Below, one piece after another: positions 1 through 11,624 of a stretch of DNA of 64,000 nucleotides. The notes below the pieces were generated by a model. That model did not search any database and was not told the DNA's origin. It saw nothing but the letters and a program-made list of their open reading frames with translations. Every line of letters starts with the position of its first letter. Position 1 is the stretch's first letter. Origin of the DNA: Octopus vulgaris (Eukaryota); NCBI GenBank assembly GCA_951406725.2, contig OX597833.1, positions 59,706,001 to 59,770,000 on the forward strand, in the 5' to 3' direction. The position numbers and the translations under genes were made by a program.

Positions 1-342
1 CATCATCATCATCATCATCATCATCATTAGCATCATCTCCATCAACCTCCTCCTCCTTTTCATCCTCATCCTCTTCTTTTTTTTCTTCTTCTTCTTCTTC
101 TTCTTCTTCTTCTTCTTCTTCTTCCTCCTCCTCCTCCTCCCCCTCCTCCTCTTCCTCCTTTTCTCCTCCTCCTCCTCCTCCTCATCATCATCATCATCAT
201 CATTGTCATCATCATCATCATCATCATCATCATTGTCATCATCATCATCATCATCATCATCATTGTCATCAGCATCCATCATCACTATTGCCGCTGCCAC
301 CACCACCACCACCACCATCATCACCACCACCACCACCACCAT
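1..342. repeat. compound trinucleotide microsatellite (CAT/CTT/CCT/CAC)
   Basis: Direct runs of (cat)n, (ctt)n, (cct)n and (cac)n. Confidence 0.95.
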
Positions 343-764
343 TGCCACTTCTACCATAAAATGTACAACTAAATAGTGAAGTCTAGAACCTGCTTCTCTG
401 AGCACACCACCACCAGTAACAACAACGACAACAACAACAATGGTGTACTAAGTACAAAATGATGTGATGTCACCAAGAGTTTGTCCTTCCCAACTTCTGG
501 TCGCCATCGTTGTCATGGTAACAGTTTGGCAGAATGTTCTGCTTCTTCAAGTGTTTATTACATCCTGTGTGTGTGTGCATGTGTGTGTGTGTATGTGTGT
601 GTGTATGTGTGCATGTGTGTGTGTGTGCATGTGTGTGTGTGTGTGTGTGCATGTGTGTGTGTATGTGTGTGTGTCTCCAGCTATTTTCATTGTAATAGCA
701 ATCATCATCATTGTCCTAATAGCTGTCATCATCATTGTTGTCGTTGCCTTGTTGTCATCTTTCC

Positions 765-1110
765 CATCACCACCACCACCACCACCATCACCACAACCAC
801 CACCACCACCATCACCACTACCACCACCATCACCACCACCACCACCATCACCACCACCATCATCACCACCAACAAACCACCACCACCACTACCATCAACA
901 CCATCACCACCAAACCACCACCACCACCGCCACCACCACCATCACCACCATCAGCACCATCACCACCACCACCATCACCACCACCACCACCAAACCACCA
1001 CCACCACCACCACCACCAAACCACCACCACCAAACCACCACCACCACCATCACCACCACCAAACCACCACCATCACCACCACTGTAACAGCCATTATCAT
1101 CATCATCTAA
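765..1110. repeat. (CAC/CAT)n degenerate microsatellite, preceded by a (TG)n tract at ~565-672
   Basis: Seen directly; explains the poly-P/T/H ORFs. Confidence 0.95.
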
Positions 1111-1477
1111 ACAAGCTATAATTGAAGCATCACATCTCAACTCCTAACCCAGCTCTCAACCACTCAACCACAATTAACGATGACGACGACCACCACCACG
1201 ACCACCACTACCCTACCATTAAAATGTAAATGGATCTTCAGTCAGTTTCCATGGTGACTGTTCTGGTTGTGAAATCAACTTGAACTGCCTCCTAATTGAA
1301 TCATAAGTGGCTGAGTGTATCACAGAAGGTTGTATATTTAACATAAACCTCAGGTAGATTCTGGATGATGCAGTGTGTGACACTGTGATCCTTAACAAGT
1401 ACAGACCCTTCTCTATGAGTGTGTAACTGGCTGGGTATACCATGGACGTGTGTCCTCCACTATTTTTCCTGTATTGA

Positions 1478-1760
1478 CCAGATGACTATCAGATGTTGTT
1501 ATACACCACTGGTCACAATGCACTTCCTTGCATTGTTGTAGCTATCGAATGAAACCCACCTTCTGGTTAGGTGGGCAGGCCAAGATTTCTTTTGAATAGA
1601 ATGCCAGGCTGTAAGGTAACCCATTTACAGCTGAGTAGACTGGGGCAACTATGAAATAAATTGTTTTGCTCAAGAACACAACGTATTACTGGCCTGGAAA
1701 TTGAAACCATGATCTTGTGATAGTGAGTACAACACACTACCCACTAGGCCATGTGCCCTC
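1478..1760 (-). mobile_element. tRNA-derived SINE, family D (head shared with family C); second copy at ~62272-62552
   Basis: Minus strand starts gagggcacatggcctagtgg with box A/B-like motifs, then tgttcttgagcaa; homologous to the 62.3 kb copy. Confidence 0.7.
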
Positions 1761-2104
1761 ACATATCTGTCCTTATGATGTGGGGGGTCAATAAATATAG
1801 TACAAACCTAGGATTATGGAATGGTGGATATATTAGAGTGTCAGACAAAGTGCCTTGTGGTATTTGGTCCACTCCTTGGATTCAGAGTTCAAACCCTGTC
1901 TACACAGGTGGTAGACTTAATCAATCACCTAACTTTATTTTCTATCATGGGGTACCCTAGGTACCATCAGTGGAGTCCACTTTGAGGCAAATATTCAGGT
2001 CAGCTCTCTGATTTGAGGGTACTTATACCCGCTTCCTTCCCTACAGCTTTCAGAGACCTTGTAAAGGATCATGGACATTGATCTACCCTTCTGACTAAGA
2101 AACC

Positions 2105-2290
2105 CTTTCTACAATAGGCACAAGGCCTGAAATTTTGGGGAGGGGTATAGTCGCTTACATCAACTCCAGTACTTGACTGGTACTTATTTTATCGACCCCG
2201 AGAGGATGAAAGGCAAAGTTGACCTTGGCAGAATTTGAACTCAGAACTTAAAGATGGATGAAATGTCGCTAAGCATTTTGCCCGATGTTG
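2105..2290 (-). mobile_element. SINE family A variant (Nin-like core domain)
   Basis: Contains the reverse complement of gcctttcatcc..cggggtcgataaa.taagtaccag; B-box gagttcaaattc. Confidence 0.8.
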
Positions 2291-2547
2291 TAAAGAAATA
2301 ATAATAAGTTTCAGGCAGAATCAGCATGAAACAGTGTTATGAAGTTTTTTGTTTTAATTGCAGTCCATCCCACAAGTTTCTGTGATGTTTCAATCAACCC
2401 ATTTTTACTGTTAAAACTTGGAGCCAATATGTAGCTTCCACACAAGACATTGTCTGGCCCAAAGTCTTGCACTATGAAGGCAAATCCTGGACCTCATGAT
2501 TGCAGAGTAAACTTCTTAACCATTTACTGATTCTTGCACACCACACA

Positions 2548-3340
2548 AGAAATAAAACCAAGAAGTTCCAGACACCCAGCTGAATACTTAACAGACACTG
2601 ACTTTGCTGACGACATCACTCTTATCAGTGATTCTCTCTCCAATGCCCAGTCTCTTTTACAATCTCTTGAACAAGCCTCAAATTGTGTAGGTCTTTACCT
2701 CAATGAGGCCAAGACTGAATATATAAACAAGTGCCTGTCCAACAGTGATTGCATCATCTATACTCTCAACAATGCGCCCTTAAATATGGTTTCTGATTAC
2801 AAATATCTTGGGTCATACATATCATCATCTGGAAAAGATTTTCTAACTAGAAAGGGTATGGCCTGGTCAGCCTGTAATGACATGCATAAGATCTGGTCAT
2901 CAAATCTAAGTAGAGACTTCAAACTTGAAATCTTCAAAGCCACAGTCGAACCAATTCTACTATATGGCTCAGAAACCTGGATGTTATCAAAAGAAGCTTG
3001 AGAGGCGGTTGGATGGAACCTATACTCACCTCCTTATGAGAGCTCAACATCTCTCGTGGAAGCGTCATCCAACCAAAATGCAAATATATGGGAAACTACC
3101 ACCTGTGTCATCTCTTGTGAAAGGTAGGAGAGTCCAGTTTGCTGGACATTGTTGTAGAGCTGAAAACGAGGCAATTTCTACTCTTCTCCTCTGGAAGCCA
3201 TCTACTCGCAATACCAGAGGGCACACACTCTCCTACTCTGATGTAATCTCCAGGGATACAGGCATCCAGCAACAGGACTTCCGTAATGCTATGATGGACC
3301 GGGAAGTCTGGCGTAGCATGGTAAATTCCATTGTCTTGAC
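2548..3340 (+). mobile_element. 5'-truncated RTE-type LINE (C-terminal part of the RT ORF, frameshifted near 2995)
   Basis: DFADDI (RT YADD box), YKYLGS, LLYGSETW and QFAGHC motifs; direct repeat of at least 38 bp flanks it (2503-2540 / 3341-3378). Confidence 0.9.
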
Positions 3341-3517
3341 CAGAGTAAACTTCTTAAACATTTACTGATTCTTGCACATCACACACACATACACAAATGT
3401 ATATCATTATTATAATCATTGTTTAACCCTTTTGTTACCATATTTATTTTGAGATGCTGTGTTTCTATCAATTAATTTTCAATATAACAAAGAATTTAGT
3501 AAAATAACTTAGTTATC

Positions 3518-3725
3518 TTTTGTTTTGGGATTTGGTTTGCAAGATTGTTTATATGAGTTCGTGTGTTGAAGCGTATTCTGTTGTGTCTGGGGAGAGTCAA
3601 GACTATTGAAAAGGTTTCAAGACGCAACGAAAATTTTAGGAAAATAAAAATAAGTGGAAATTTTACCGGTGAGTGTGTTACATTATAAGGCACAAAAAGA
3701 AAATGACTCTCCCCAGACACAACAG
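3518..3725. mobile_element. Penelope-like non-autonomous remnant with internal inversion (second copy at 21627-21925)
   Basis: 12-bp TSD; inverted ctgttgtgtctggggagagtca / tgactctccccagacacaacag; carries a hammerhead-like motif. Confidence 0.55.
3603..3639 (+). ncRNA. minimal hammerhead-ribozyme-like motif, U3-A8 core variant
   Basis: cta TTGAAAA g gtttc-aagac-gcaac GAAA at T T tag; the second copy (21718-21752, minus) has stem II gttgc/gcaat. Confidence 0.55.
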
Positions 3726-4295
3726 AACTTAGTTATCATTAAGCTAATGTTAAGAACATAAACTGTGACTAAGGCTTGGTGGAAGATCTTAATTCAAAAC
3801 TTATGAAAACATGACATTTGTACTATAGAGCCAGAGGCGGTTTCAGCTGGGTTGGTATGGAAAGGGTTAATGCCTTTATTCCATGCTAGCATATGTTGGA
3901 TGGTTCAACAGGATCCAACACAACAGAGTGCTAGGCTGGGCTCCAAGGCCTGCTTTGGTGTGGTTTCTTCAGTTAGATGCCAAAGCAGATATTGAATCCC
4001 AATATGGCACCCTAACCCAAATACTTCTTAATGCTAACCACTTTACAGAGTATGCTGGGAGCAATTTTTGTGGCTCCAGCATTAACGAGCTCCTCAAGTA
4101 ACTCACAGGGTTAGACCCCTTCACAGGGATGCAAGAATTTAGGAAAGGTAGCTTTGTACCAGGTGTCGAGAAGCTAAACCATAATGGGGTGAAGGTGGAC
4201 AGGAACATATATCTTGCTGTAAAGGAGATACATGGCTACTCTGGTATGAAAGGGAGAAAGGCTGGTAGAAATGAGGTATCAGGGTGTACCCTCAA

Positions 4296-4629
4296 GGACC
4301 CCCTTTGGTCATGATTGACCATGGGATTGCATCTATAAAGTTTCTCTCTGAAGTACAAGTTCAGGCAAGGTTGTTTATGGAAGACCAACAGTTGCCCATG
4401 CATACCGGCCTCCTCTCTCCATGCCACCAGTGTTATCGAAAGGAAAGGCAAAGACCAATACAGCTTGGGACCAGTGATGTCACAACTCATTTCTACAGCT
4501 GAGTGAACAGGGGCAACATGAAATAAAGTATCATGCTCAAGAACACAACACACAGCCAGGTCCAGGAATTGAACTCACTACCTCATGATTGCGAGCTTGA
4601 TGCTCTAACCACTGAGCCATGTGCCTTCA
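4296..4629 (-). mobile_element. tRNA-derived SINE, family C; second copy at 24008-24339
   Basis: Minus strand reads gaaggcacatggctcagtggttagagc (box A) ... gagttcaattcc (box B); the two copies align end to end. Confidence 0.85.
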
Positions 4630-4893
4630 CAGGGTGTACTCTGAAGGTACAATAAAGTCGGTAAAGAGAGTAGAGATAGAGAGTCAAAGATGACTGGGAG
4701 AGAAGGTAGTTTTGCGAGAATGTGAAAGGAGAATGATAGATGATAGAGATGAGGAGAGAAGTAAAAATTTAATAAACATGGATGGAAGCAAAGACAATGG
4801 CGAATATCAATTTGGAGGAATATCAGGAAAATAGAAGTGGATAAAGAAGGGGGAGGTAATAAGAGATAATTCATGAAGGTGGGATGAAAGGCA

Positions 4894-5235
4894 ACATCAT
4901 CATCATCATCGTTTAACGTCCGTTTTCCGCGCTAGCACAGGTTGGACGGTTCAACCGGGGTCTGGGAAGCCAGGAGGCTGCACCAGGCTCCAGTCTGATC
5001 TGGCAGTGTTTCTACGGCTGGATGCCCTTCCTAACGCCAACCACTCCACGAGTGTAGTGGGTGCTTTTTACGTGCCACCGGCACAGGTGCCAGGGGAGTC
5101 TGGCATCGGCCACGTTCGGATGGTGCTTTTTACGTGCCACCAGCACAGAAGCCAGTTGAGGCGGCGCTGGCATCGGCCACATTCGGATGGTGCTTTTTAT
5201 GTGCCACCGGCACAGGTATCACAACTGCTATTTCC
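4894..5235 (-). mobile_element. non-autonomous retroposon family E with (ATG)n tail; other copies at ~6848-6970, 27900-28050, 28137-28288, 60284-60535
   Basis: Shared tggcgttaggaagggcatccagc...ccaacccatgc...ggacgttaaa followed by (tga)n. Confidence 0.8.
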
Positions 5236-5434
5236 ATTGATATTTATTTCGATGTATAATAAAACTGATAAATGAAAAATAAAGATGAGATGTAGTGTGG
5301 TGGGAGGTGAAGAGGTACAGTGACAAAGATGGAGATCAGAGGCACATAGGGTGGATATAGTGGGTTGTGATTAAAGGTGGGATCTATGGCAGACACGAAA
5401 GGGTGTTCTAGGTAAAGGGCATTTAGTGTCAATA

Positions 5435-5657
5435 TTATTTCTTTATTACCCACAAGGGGCTAAACATATAGGGGACAAACAAGGACAAAGTATTAAGTCG
5501 ATTATATCGACCCCAGTACGTAACTGGTACTTAATTTATCGACCCCGAAAGGATGAAAGGCAAAGTCGACCTCAGCGGAATTTGAACTCAGAACGTAACG
5601 GCAGACGAAATACGGCTACGCATTTCGCCTGGCCTGCTAACGTTTCTGCCAGCTCGG
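5435..5657 (-). mobile_element. SINE family A, full length
   Basis: Head gagctggcagaaacgttagc, B-box gagttcaaattcc, Nin-like core, tail gtgggtaataaagaaata. Confidence 0.9.
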
Positions 5658-5659
5658 CA

Positions 5660-6190
5660 AGCACACTTCACTACTTCATTGTACATCTTTCTGGATCATC
5701 TTCCATGAGTTCCAACCACATTTAGCAATCAGCACTTCTTTATGCAGCTGTCCTCGTTCACCTGCGTCACATGACCGACCAGAGTAGTCGCCTCTCTTGC
5801 ATACAAGAACTGATGTCTCTTAAACCCAATTTTTGCTCTCAACGCATTTGCATTTTTTTCATTACTACATGTTGATATTGCACATCCAGCGAAGCATACC
5901 AGCTTCGTTTCTTTTAAGTTTTAGCATGTCATTTTGCATTTGCGGATCATATTTCACTACCACTTAGCATTGTTGTTCACACCCAAGCATCATACAGTTC
6001 TGCCTTTCACTCTCAAACAGAAGCCTTGAGTTGCCAACAGAGATAATACTTCTCTGAACTTTCTCCAACTGATTTGTATTCTAAGAACAATATTTTCAAA
6101 ACATCCTCCTCCACTGTTAACTAGGTTTACATAGTAACAGAAACTCCAAGGCATTTGAGAAATATATATGAGGTGCATTCCAGAAGTTTT
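5660..6190 (-). mobile_element. decayed RTE LINE fragment
   Basis: Minus strand WRKFREVLSLLATQGFCLRVKGR; homologous to the 23.6-24.8 kb and 25.3-27.4 kb remnants. Confidence 0.65.
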
Positions 6191-6446
6191 CAGACTTTTT
6201 TTTAGGGATGGCAGATATAACTGTCCTAGATTATGGTAATTTTATCATTAAATCATTGTTATTCATCTAATAAGCTTACTTGCCAGTTGAGGTAGTACTA
6301 TGCAGACTTTTCACATTCTTCTCTCGTACATTAACCTCTTGTCTCCAAGTATAAAACCGACACCCATCTCCTCGGGGGTTTATAGTCTTGCAAACTGCAT
6401 CAAGTACACTCTATAAAGTGGTTGGCATAAGAAAAGGGCGTCCAAA

Positions 6447-6847
6447 GGCGTAGGAGTGGCTGTGTGGTAAGTAGCTTGCTTACCAACCACATGGTTCCGG
6501 GTTCAGTCCCACTGTGCGGCACCTTGGGCAAGTGTCTTCTACTATAACCTCGGGCCGACCAAAGCCTTGTGAGTGGATTTGGTAGACGGAAACTGAAAGA
6601 AGCCCGTAGTATATATGTATATATATATGTGTATGTGTGTATGTTTGTGTGTTGTGTTTATGCCCCATCCACAACATCGCTTGACAACCGATGCTGGTGT
6701 GTTTACGTCCCCGTTACTTAGCGGTTCGGCAAAAGAGACCGATAGAATAAGTACTGGGCTTACAAAGAATAAGTCCTGGGGTCGATTTGATCGACTAAAG
6801 GCGGTGCTCCAGCATGGCCACAGTCAAATGACTGAAACAAGTAAATG
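6447..6847 (+). mobile_element. tRNA-derived SINE family B with internal (TA/TG)n tract
   Basis: Head ggcgtaggagtggctgtgtggtaag...gggttcagtccc, ccttgggcaagtgtctt core, tail ggcggtgctccagcatggcc...gaaacaagtaaa; many copies in the window. Confidence 0.9.
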
Positions 6848-7037
6848 TAGAAACCATGCCAAAGCAGGCACTGAACCATGACACACTCCTCGGACCCCTC
6901 AGCTGCCGTCAAACCGTCCAACCCATGCCAGCAGGGAACGTGGACGTTAAATGATGATGATGATGATGATACGATGTATATAATAACTGAGGTAATGTGT
7001 ATGTAATAACTCAGATAATGAACATATAACTGAGACA

Positions 7038-7076
<39 letters not shown>

Positions 7077-7178
7077 GGAGTAAACACATAAATGTAAAAC
7101 AAGGTGGAAAAAAGAGTACTCAAATACCAGTGGTAGAGTAATATGCTTTATTTAAAGCAGCAGAAAATTCAACAAAAC

Positions 7179-7216
7179 CTGTTACTCTGAGTTTCACGTT
7201 TCCGTTCGTCGGACAG
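7179..7216 (-). ncRNA. minimal hammerhead-like motif (U4C core)
   Basis: ctgt CCGACGA acg-gaaa-cgt GAAA ctcagag TA acag. Confidence 0.6.
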
Positions 7217-7239
7217 TTTTTGCTAGAATCTAGCAAAAA

Positions 7240-7277
7240 CTGTCCGAGGAACGGGAACGTGAAACTCAGAGTAACAG
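7240..7277 (+). ncRNA. minimal hammerhead-like motif (U4C core)
   Basis: ctgt CCGAGGA acg-ggaa-cgt GAAA ctcagag TA acag. Confidence 0.6.
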
Positions 7278-7924
7278 GTTTTGTTGAATTTTCTGCTGCT
7301 TTAAATAAAGCATATATATATATATATATATATAATAACGGGAAGCAGAAATGTGTGTTTATCAATCAGGTTATTGTTTGACTGACATCTTGCCTGATAA
7401 AAGATCCGACAGTTGGATATGGGCTAACCAGGGGTTACACAACAACGGTGCAATCCCCACTCACCACCATCGTAAAACTCCTCTCCCTCCACATACACAG
7501 CATCAAATCATGTCACACCACAACTCTACCATACACCCATATCGCACCATACTTCACTACACACCACGACTACATCGCACCTCTGCGCTACACCACACCC
7601 TACCACATTATTCCCCCACCATGGCCGTACCATAACAAAAACAACAACCACCAAACTACCACATCATCTTGCATATCGCCCTCATTACCTTAAACCACTC
7701 ATACTTCTCCCATACCTTTTTATAACTACTCTTCTTCATTTTTCTACCGAAAATAACATCAACTTTAGTTTCGTCCTTTCCTTTACTATCTGCTGCATCA
7801 GTTGTAACTTCCACCTATCTACCTACCTATGTATTTATGAATATATATATATATATATATATTTACATACACACACACATATATATATATACTTTATTTA
7901 AAGCAGCAGAAAATTCAACAAAAT

Positions 7925-7962
7925 CTGTTACTCTGAGTTTCTCGTTGCCGTTCATCAGACAG
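7925..7962 (-). ncRNA. minimal hammerhead ribozyme motif, canonical CUGAUGA core
   Basis: ctgt CTGATGA acg-gcaa-cga GAAA ctcagag TA acag; GUA cleavage triplet; terminal pair of stem II is mismatched. Confidence 0.65.
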
Positions 7963-7972
7963 TTTTTGCTAG

Positions 7973-8029
<57 letters not shown>

Positions 8030-8032
8030 CAT

Positions 8033-8132
<100 letters not shown>

Positions 8133-9798
8133 CATTACATACATGCTCACAATGGCAAGCTTACATTTGATGTACAGCGGGAGGTTCAAATAGTCTTTTC
8201 CCTTCTACCTGTTGGTAGATTCCATTTTCCTTTATACCTGATCTCCCCCACCTTTCACACTCTCTCTCTAATCGCTACATCTCTTGTTTCCCTTTCTCCT
8301 TTTCTCTCTCTCTCTATCTCATTCTATATTCTTACTCTCCATCACTCATGATTTCATTTCATCTTTACTCCTTTCCCTTCTCATTAATCTCTCTCTCTCT
8401 CTGTTTTCTTTTCTTTATCGCTTTCCCTCTTTCTTTCATCATTTTACTTCTCTGATTTGTGTCGCTCTTCTTCTCTCACTACTCCCCTGATCAATTTTTC
8501 ATACTCTCTAATCGTTTCTGTTTCACCTCTCTCACAATGCCGGTCTTTTCTCCCCTTTACTTCCTCGTTGTTCCATATATCTCTCTCTCTCTCTCCCTTT
8601 TTTCTTTCTCTTCATACTCCCCTGCCTCCCTTTCTGTCCCTGTAGTATCTCTTCCACATGAACCCCCACTTCCTCCTGCATACAACTCTCTCTATAATCT
8701 TTTCCCCAACTACTACCACGACCTCCCTCGCCCAACCAAACCACGCCCCCACCATGTGACTTTACTCAGTATTTTTGCATCTGACCGTTGTGATGTGTGT
8801 GAGGAATAAACAGAGAAATTTGATGTCCTCTCTTTATTAAACAAGATCATGTAATAAAGAGTATTTATCGGGCATTAGATAGAAAGCAAACTATTATTGT
8901 AGAATATATCTGTTCTGTAGAGTTCACCTTCATTTTCCTATTCCATGTGCGCCTTTATCGGAGTAAAACAAATCTCCCGTGGCTGGGGTCCCCTTATATA
9001 AAGTTAGTATGGCAGATGTTGAATGGGAAAGAGAAAGTGGCTATAATATAACTTCGCGTAATGCCTTGTGGTTGTTCTGTAACTCAGGTCAGACCTGATC
9101 CCGTAGCCCTCCGATTAAAGACTAACATTTTGGACATTATTCAATGTGTTCATTTTAAAGGCGATATAATAGAAATTTGGTTACATTTACTAGCAGGTCG
9201 AGCAACTACACAGAGACTTCTTCGAATGCCATTTATATTCGGAGTCCAAATATTGCTAAGATTCATCTTTGACTTTCACATGGGTCCAATTTATCTTCTT
9301 ATAATATATCCTAAATATAACTAGAATTCTAAAAGACTAAGGCATTTATTTTATACCCTTAACAGCAAAGGTTTAAAGGGTGATTTATTCGTGGGGGTAT
9401 TCCTGCTATTCTCTGGAACAAGGTAAAAGAACGGTATATTGGAAAACGATTATTATACTCCGAGTATTGAGACTGAACCTATAAAATACTCCAACACAAA
9501 GAATATTTTGATAGAGAATATCAAAATGAAATTATAATAATTTTCCAGTAATTAGATTGCTATGTTAATGAGTACAGGAAATGAAAGTAGGAGTATTGGA
9601 TGAATTACTCTTATTGTACCAAGTACAGGAATAGGGAGTATTTGAAGTAACTTTATATTCCGGACTTCAAAGTACAAGTATTTTCCGAAAATCTTTCCGC
9701 AACGTAGTTCCAAAACTAGATTTTTTTTCTTCTATAACAGTCCTGTCTTGGAGAATATGGTCCACGTTACGATACGAGCGCAACACTTATATTAATAA

Positions 9799-10193
9799 CT
9801 AGCAGTATCGCCCGGCGTTGCTCGGGTTTGTAAGGGAAATAACTATATAAGCATTTTTAGAGAGTTATAGTAAAAAAATAGCAAAAAAATGCATTAAAAA
9901 TGGAAAAAAAATGATGGTAAATTTTTTTTAAAATCGTTGACTCATCGTAGACATTTTTAGAGAGTTACTTCCCTTATATAATAGCGAAAAAAATGCATTA
10001 AAATGGAAAAAAATGATTGTAAATTTTTTTTAAAATCGTAGACTCATCGTAGACGCGCGCTAATACCCAGAAGGGCTCGATATGAATCACGACTATAAGA
10101 TACCCGGTTTTGGTTAAACTGCATTGCAAAATGTGGGAGTAGTTAGGAATCTAAATCGTAGGAGACACACAACTTTAGTTTTATATATAAAGA
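9799..10193 (-). mobile_element. non-autonomous Helitron
   Basis: Minus strand: A|TC 5' end; 3' hairpin cccgagcaacgccggg followed by CTAG|T; no TSD. Confidence 0.8.
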
Positions 10194-11593
10194 TAAGGAG
10201 TATCACGGTTGAAAGTCAGTATCAACTGATGCTTCGGAAAGGTTCTTTGGCTGCTGTAGCATCCCAGCTATGCCATTATCATTGGCGGTTATGCCGTGTT
10301 TTATATTGTCTTTAAACATTTTCTACGAGGAAAACCAGTTGTGCCTCTGCAACGATCTAGAATTCAAGGAGTGTATATGTCTAATTATTTATTTATTTAT
10401 TGCTTTTTTCTTTGTCCCCTTTTTTTGCCATTTGCGATCTGCGTATTATTTACTTTCATAAATTGCATTGTTTTTTCTCCGAAATTTTTTATTGTAATTT
10501 TTCTGAAATAAAGAAAAAAAAAAACAAAATTTTAGCTTCAGAGTACAAAAATAGGGGGAGTATAAAAAAAAAAAAAAGAGTCGCATTCCAGACTGCAGAA
10601 TATAAAAATAGGGAGTATATATTAGTGGAAGAAGTAAGTGATATTCGATGCTGTGAGCTTTTACCGGCAACAGGCTTCAAACACATTTCCACCAGTTGAA
10701 TGTGACTTGCTAAAGCTCCCACTTGCCGACATAACAGCATTTCTCGTTTGCTGCTACTTTCTTTAGCTGTTTCTCTCTCCCACTTCCACTCGCTCTCCCT
10801 CTCTCTCTTTCGTTATAGTCTTGCGGCTTTTCACTCCTACCCGGTTAATCACTCCCTGCACTTCTTCCACACTGCCCTCTACCTTTCTCTCTCAGTTCCT
10901 CCTTTTCTTCTCCTCCCCTTCCTTTCGTTCAGTCAAATAAATCACTCACTCTCTCTCTATTAGTCATTTGTCTTTTACTTTTTACTCTCCTTCTCCTTAT
11001 ATACCACCAGTTTCTCCTCTCTTACACTTTTAAATAAATCTTCAGTCATTCTCTCTCTCTCTCTATCTATTTATCTATCTGTCGATCTATCTATCCATTT
11101 CTCCATTCTACTACATCGATTTTCTTTACTCTCTCTCTCTCCTTTCATCTTTTGTCACTCTCTTCTTTATACTTCCCTTTCTTTTCTCCTTCTCCCACCT
11201 GCTCCTCGTCTCTCATTTAATCAACCATTTTGTTCTCTCTCTCTCTCTCTCTACTTCACTCCTCATCCCCTCCTCATTTTCCTCCCTATATCGTCCACAT
11301 TGCCGACTCACTCACTACCTATGTATCTCTCTATCTCTCTATTTCACTCCTCCTCCTCCTCTCTCTCACTCTATAATTCCACACTCCCACTCACTCACTC
11401 ACTCAATTTTTTCTCTCACACAATTACATTCACCACACAACTAAGATGTGAAACTAATTACTTCCTTTTAATCAAACCCAACGCTCTTTCTCACCATAAA
11501 TATTGTTTGTGTTGGTTGACTTCTCAACAAAGCTAGTCACATCCACACACAAATCATACATCAACGCATATAGACACATATAGAAATATATGT

Positions 11594-11624
<31 letters not shown>

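Larger units (their letters stand above)
3423..3870. mobile_element. piggyBac-type MITE (TTAA-CCCTTT...AAAGGG-TTAA) with a nested insertion at ~3518-3725
   Basis: TTAA flanks and short TIRs; homologous to the copies at 20.7-21.2 kb and 48.0-48.6 kb; nested insert flanked by duplicated aacttagttatc. Confidence 0.8.
7075..7315. mobile_element. Penelope-like remnant in (TA)n forming an 87-bp-arm palindrome
   Basis: 7141-7227 is the reverse complement of 7229-7315 with 2 mismatches; related pieces at 7891-7974 and 54998-55083. Confidence 0.7.

Noticed and set aside
464-1140. Long Pro/Thr/His-rich ORFs
   Set aside because: They are translations of (TG)n and (CAC)n microsatellites, open in several frames at once.
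4560-4629. tRNA gene (also the heads of SINE A and B)
   Set aside because: Box A/B motifs run directly into SINE bodies, and I see no complete cloverleaf.
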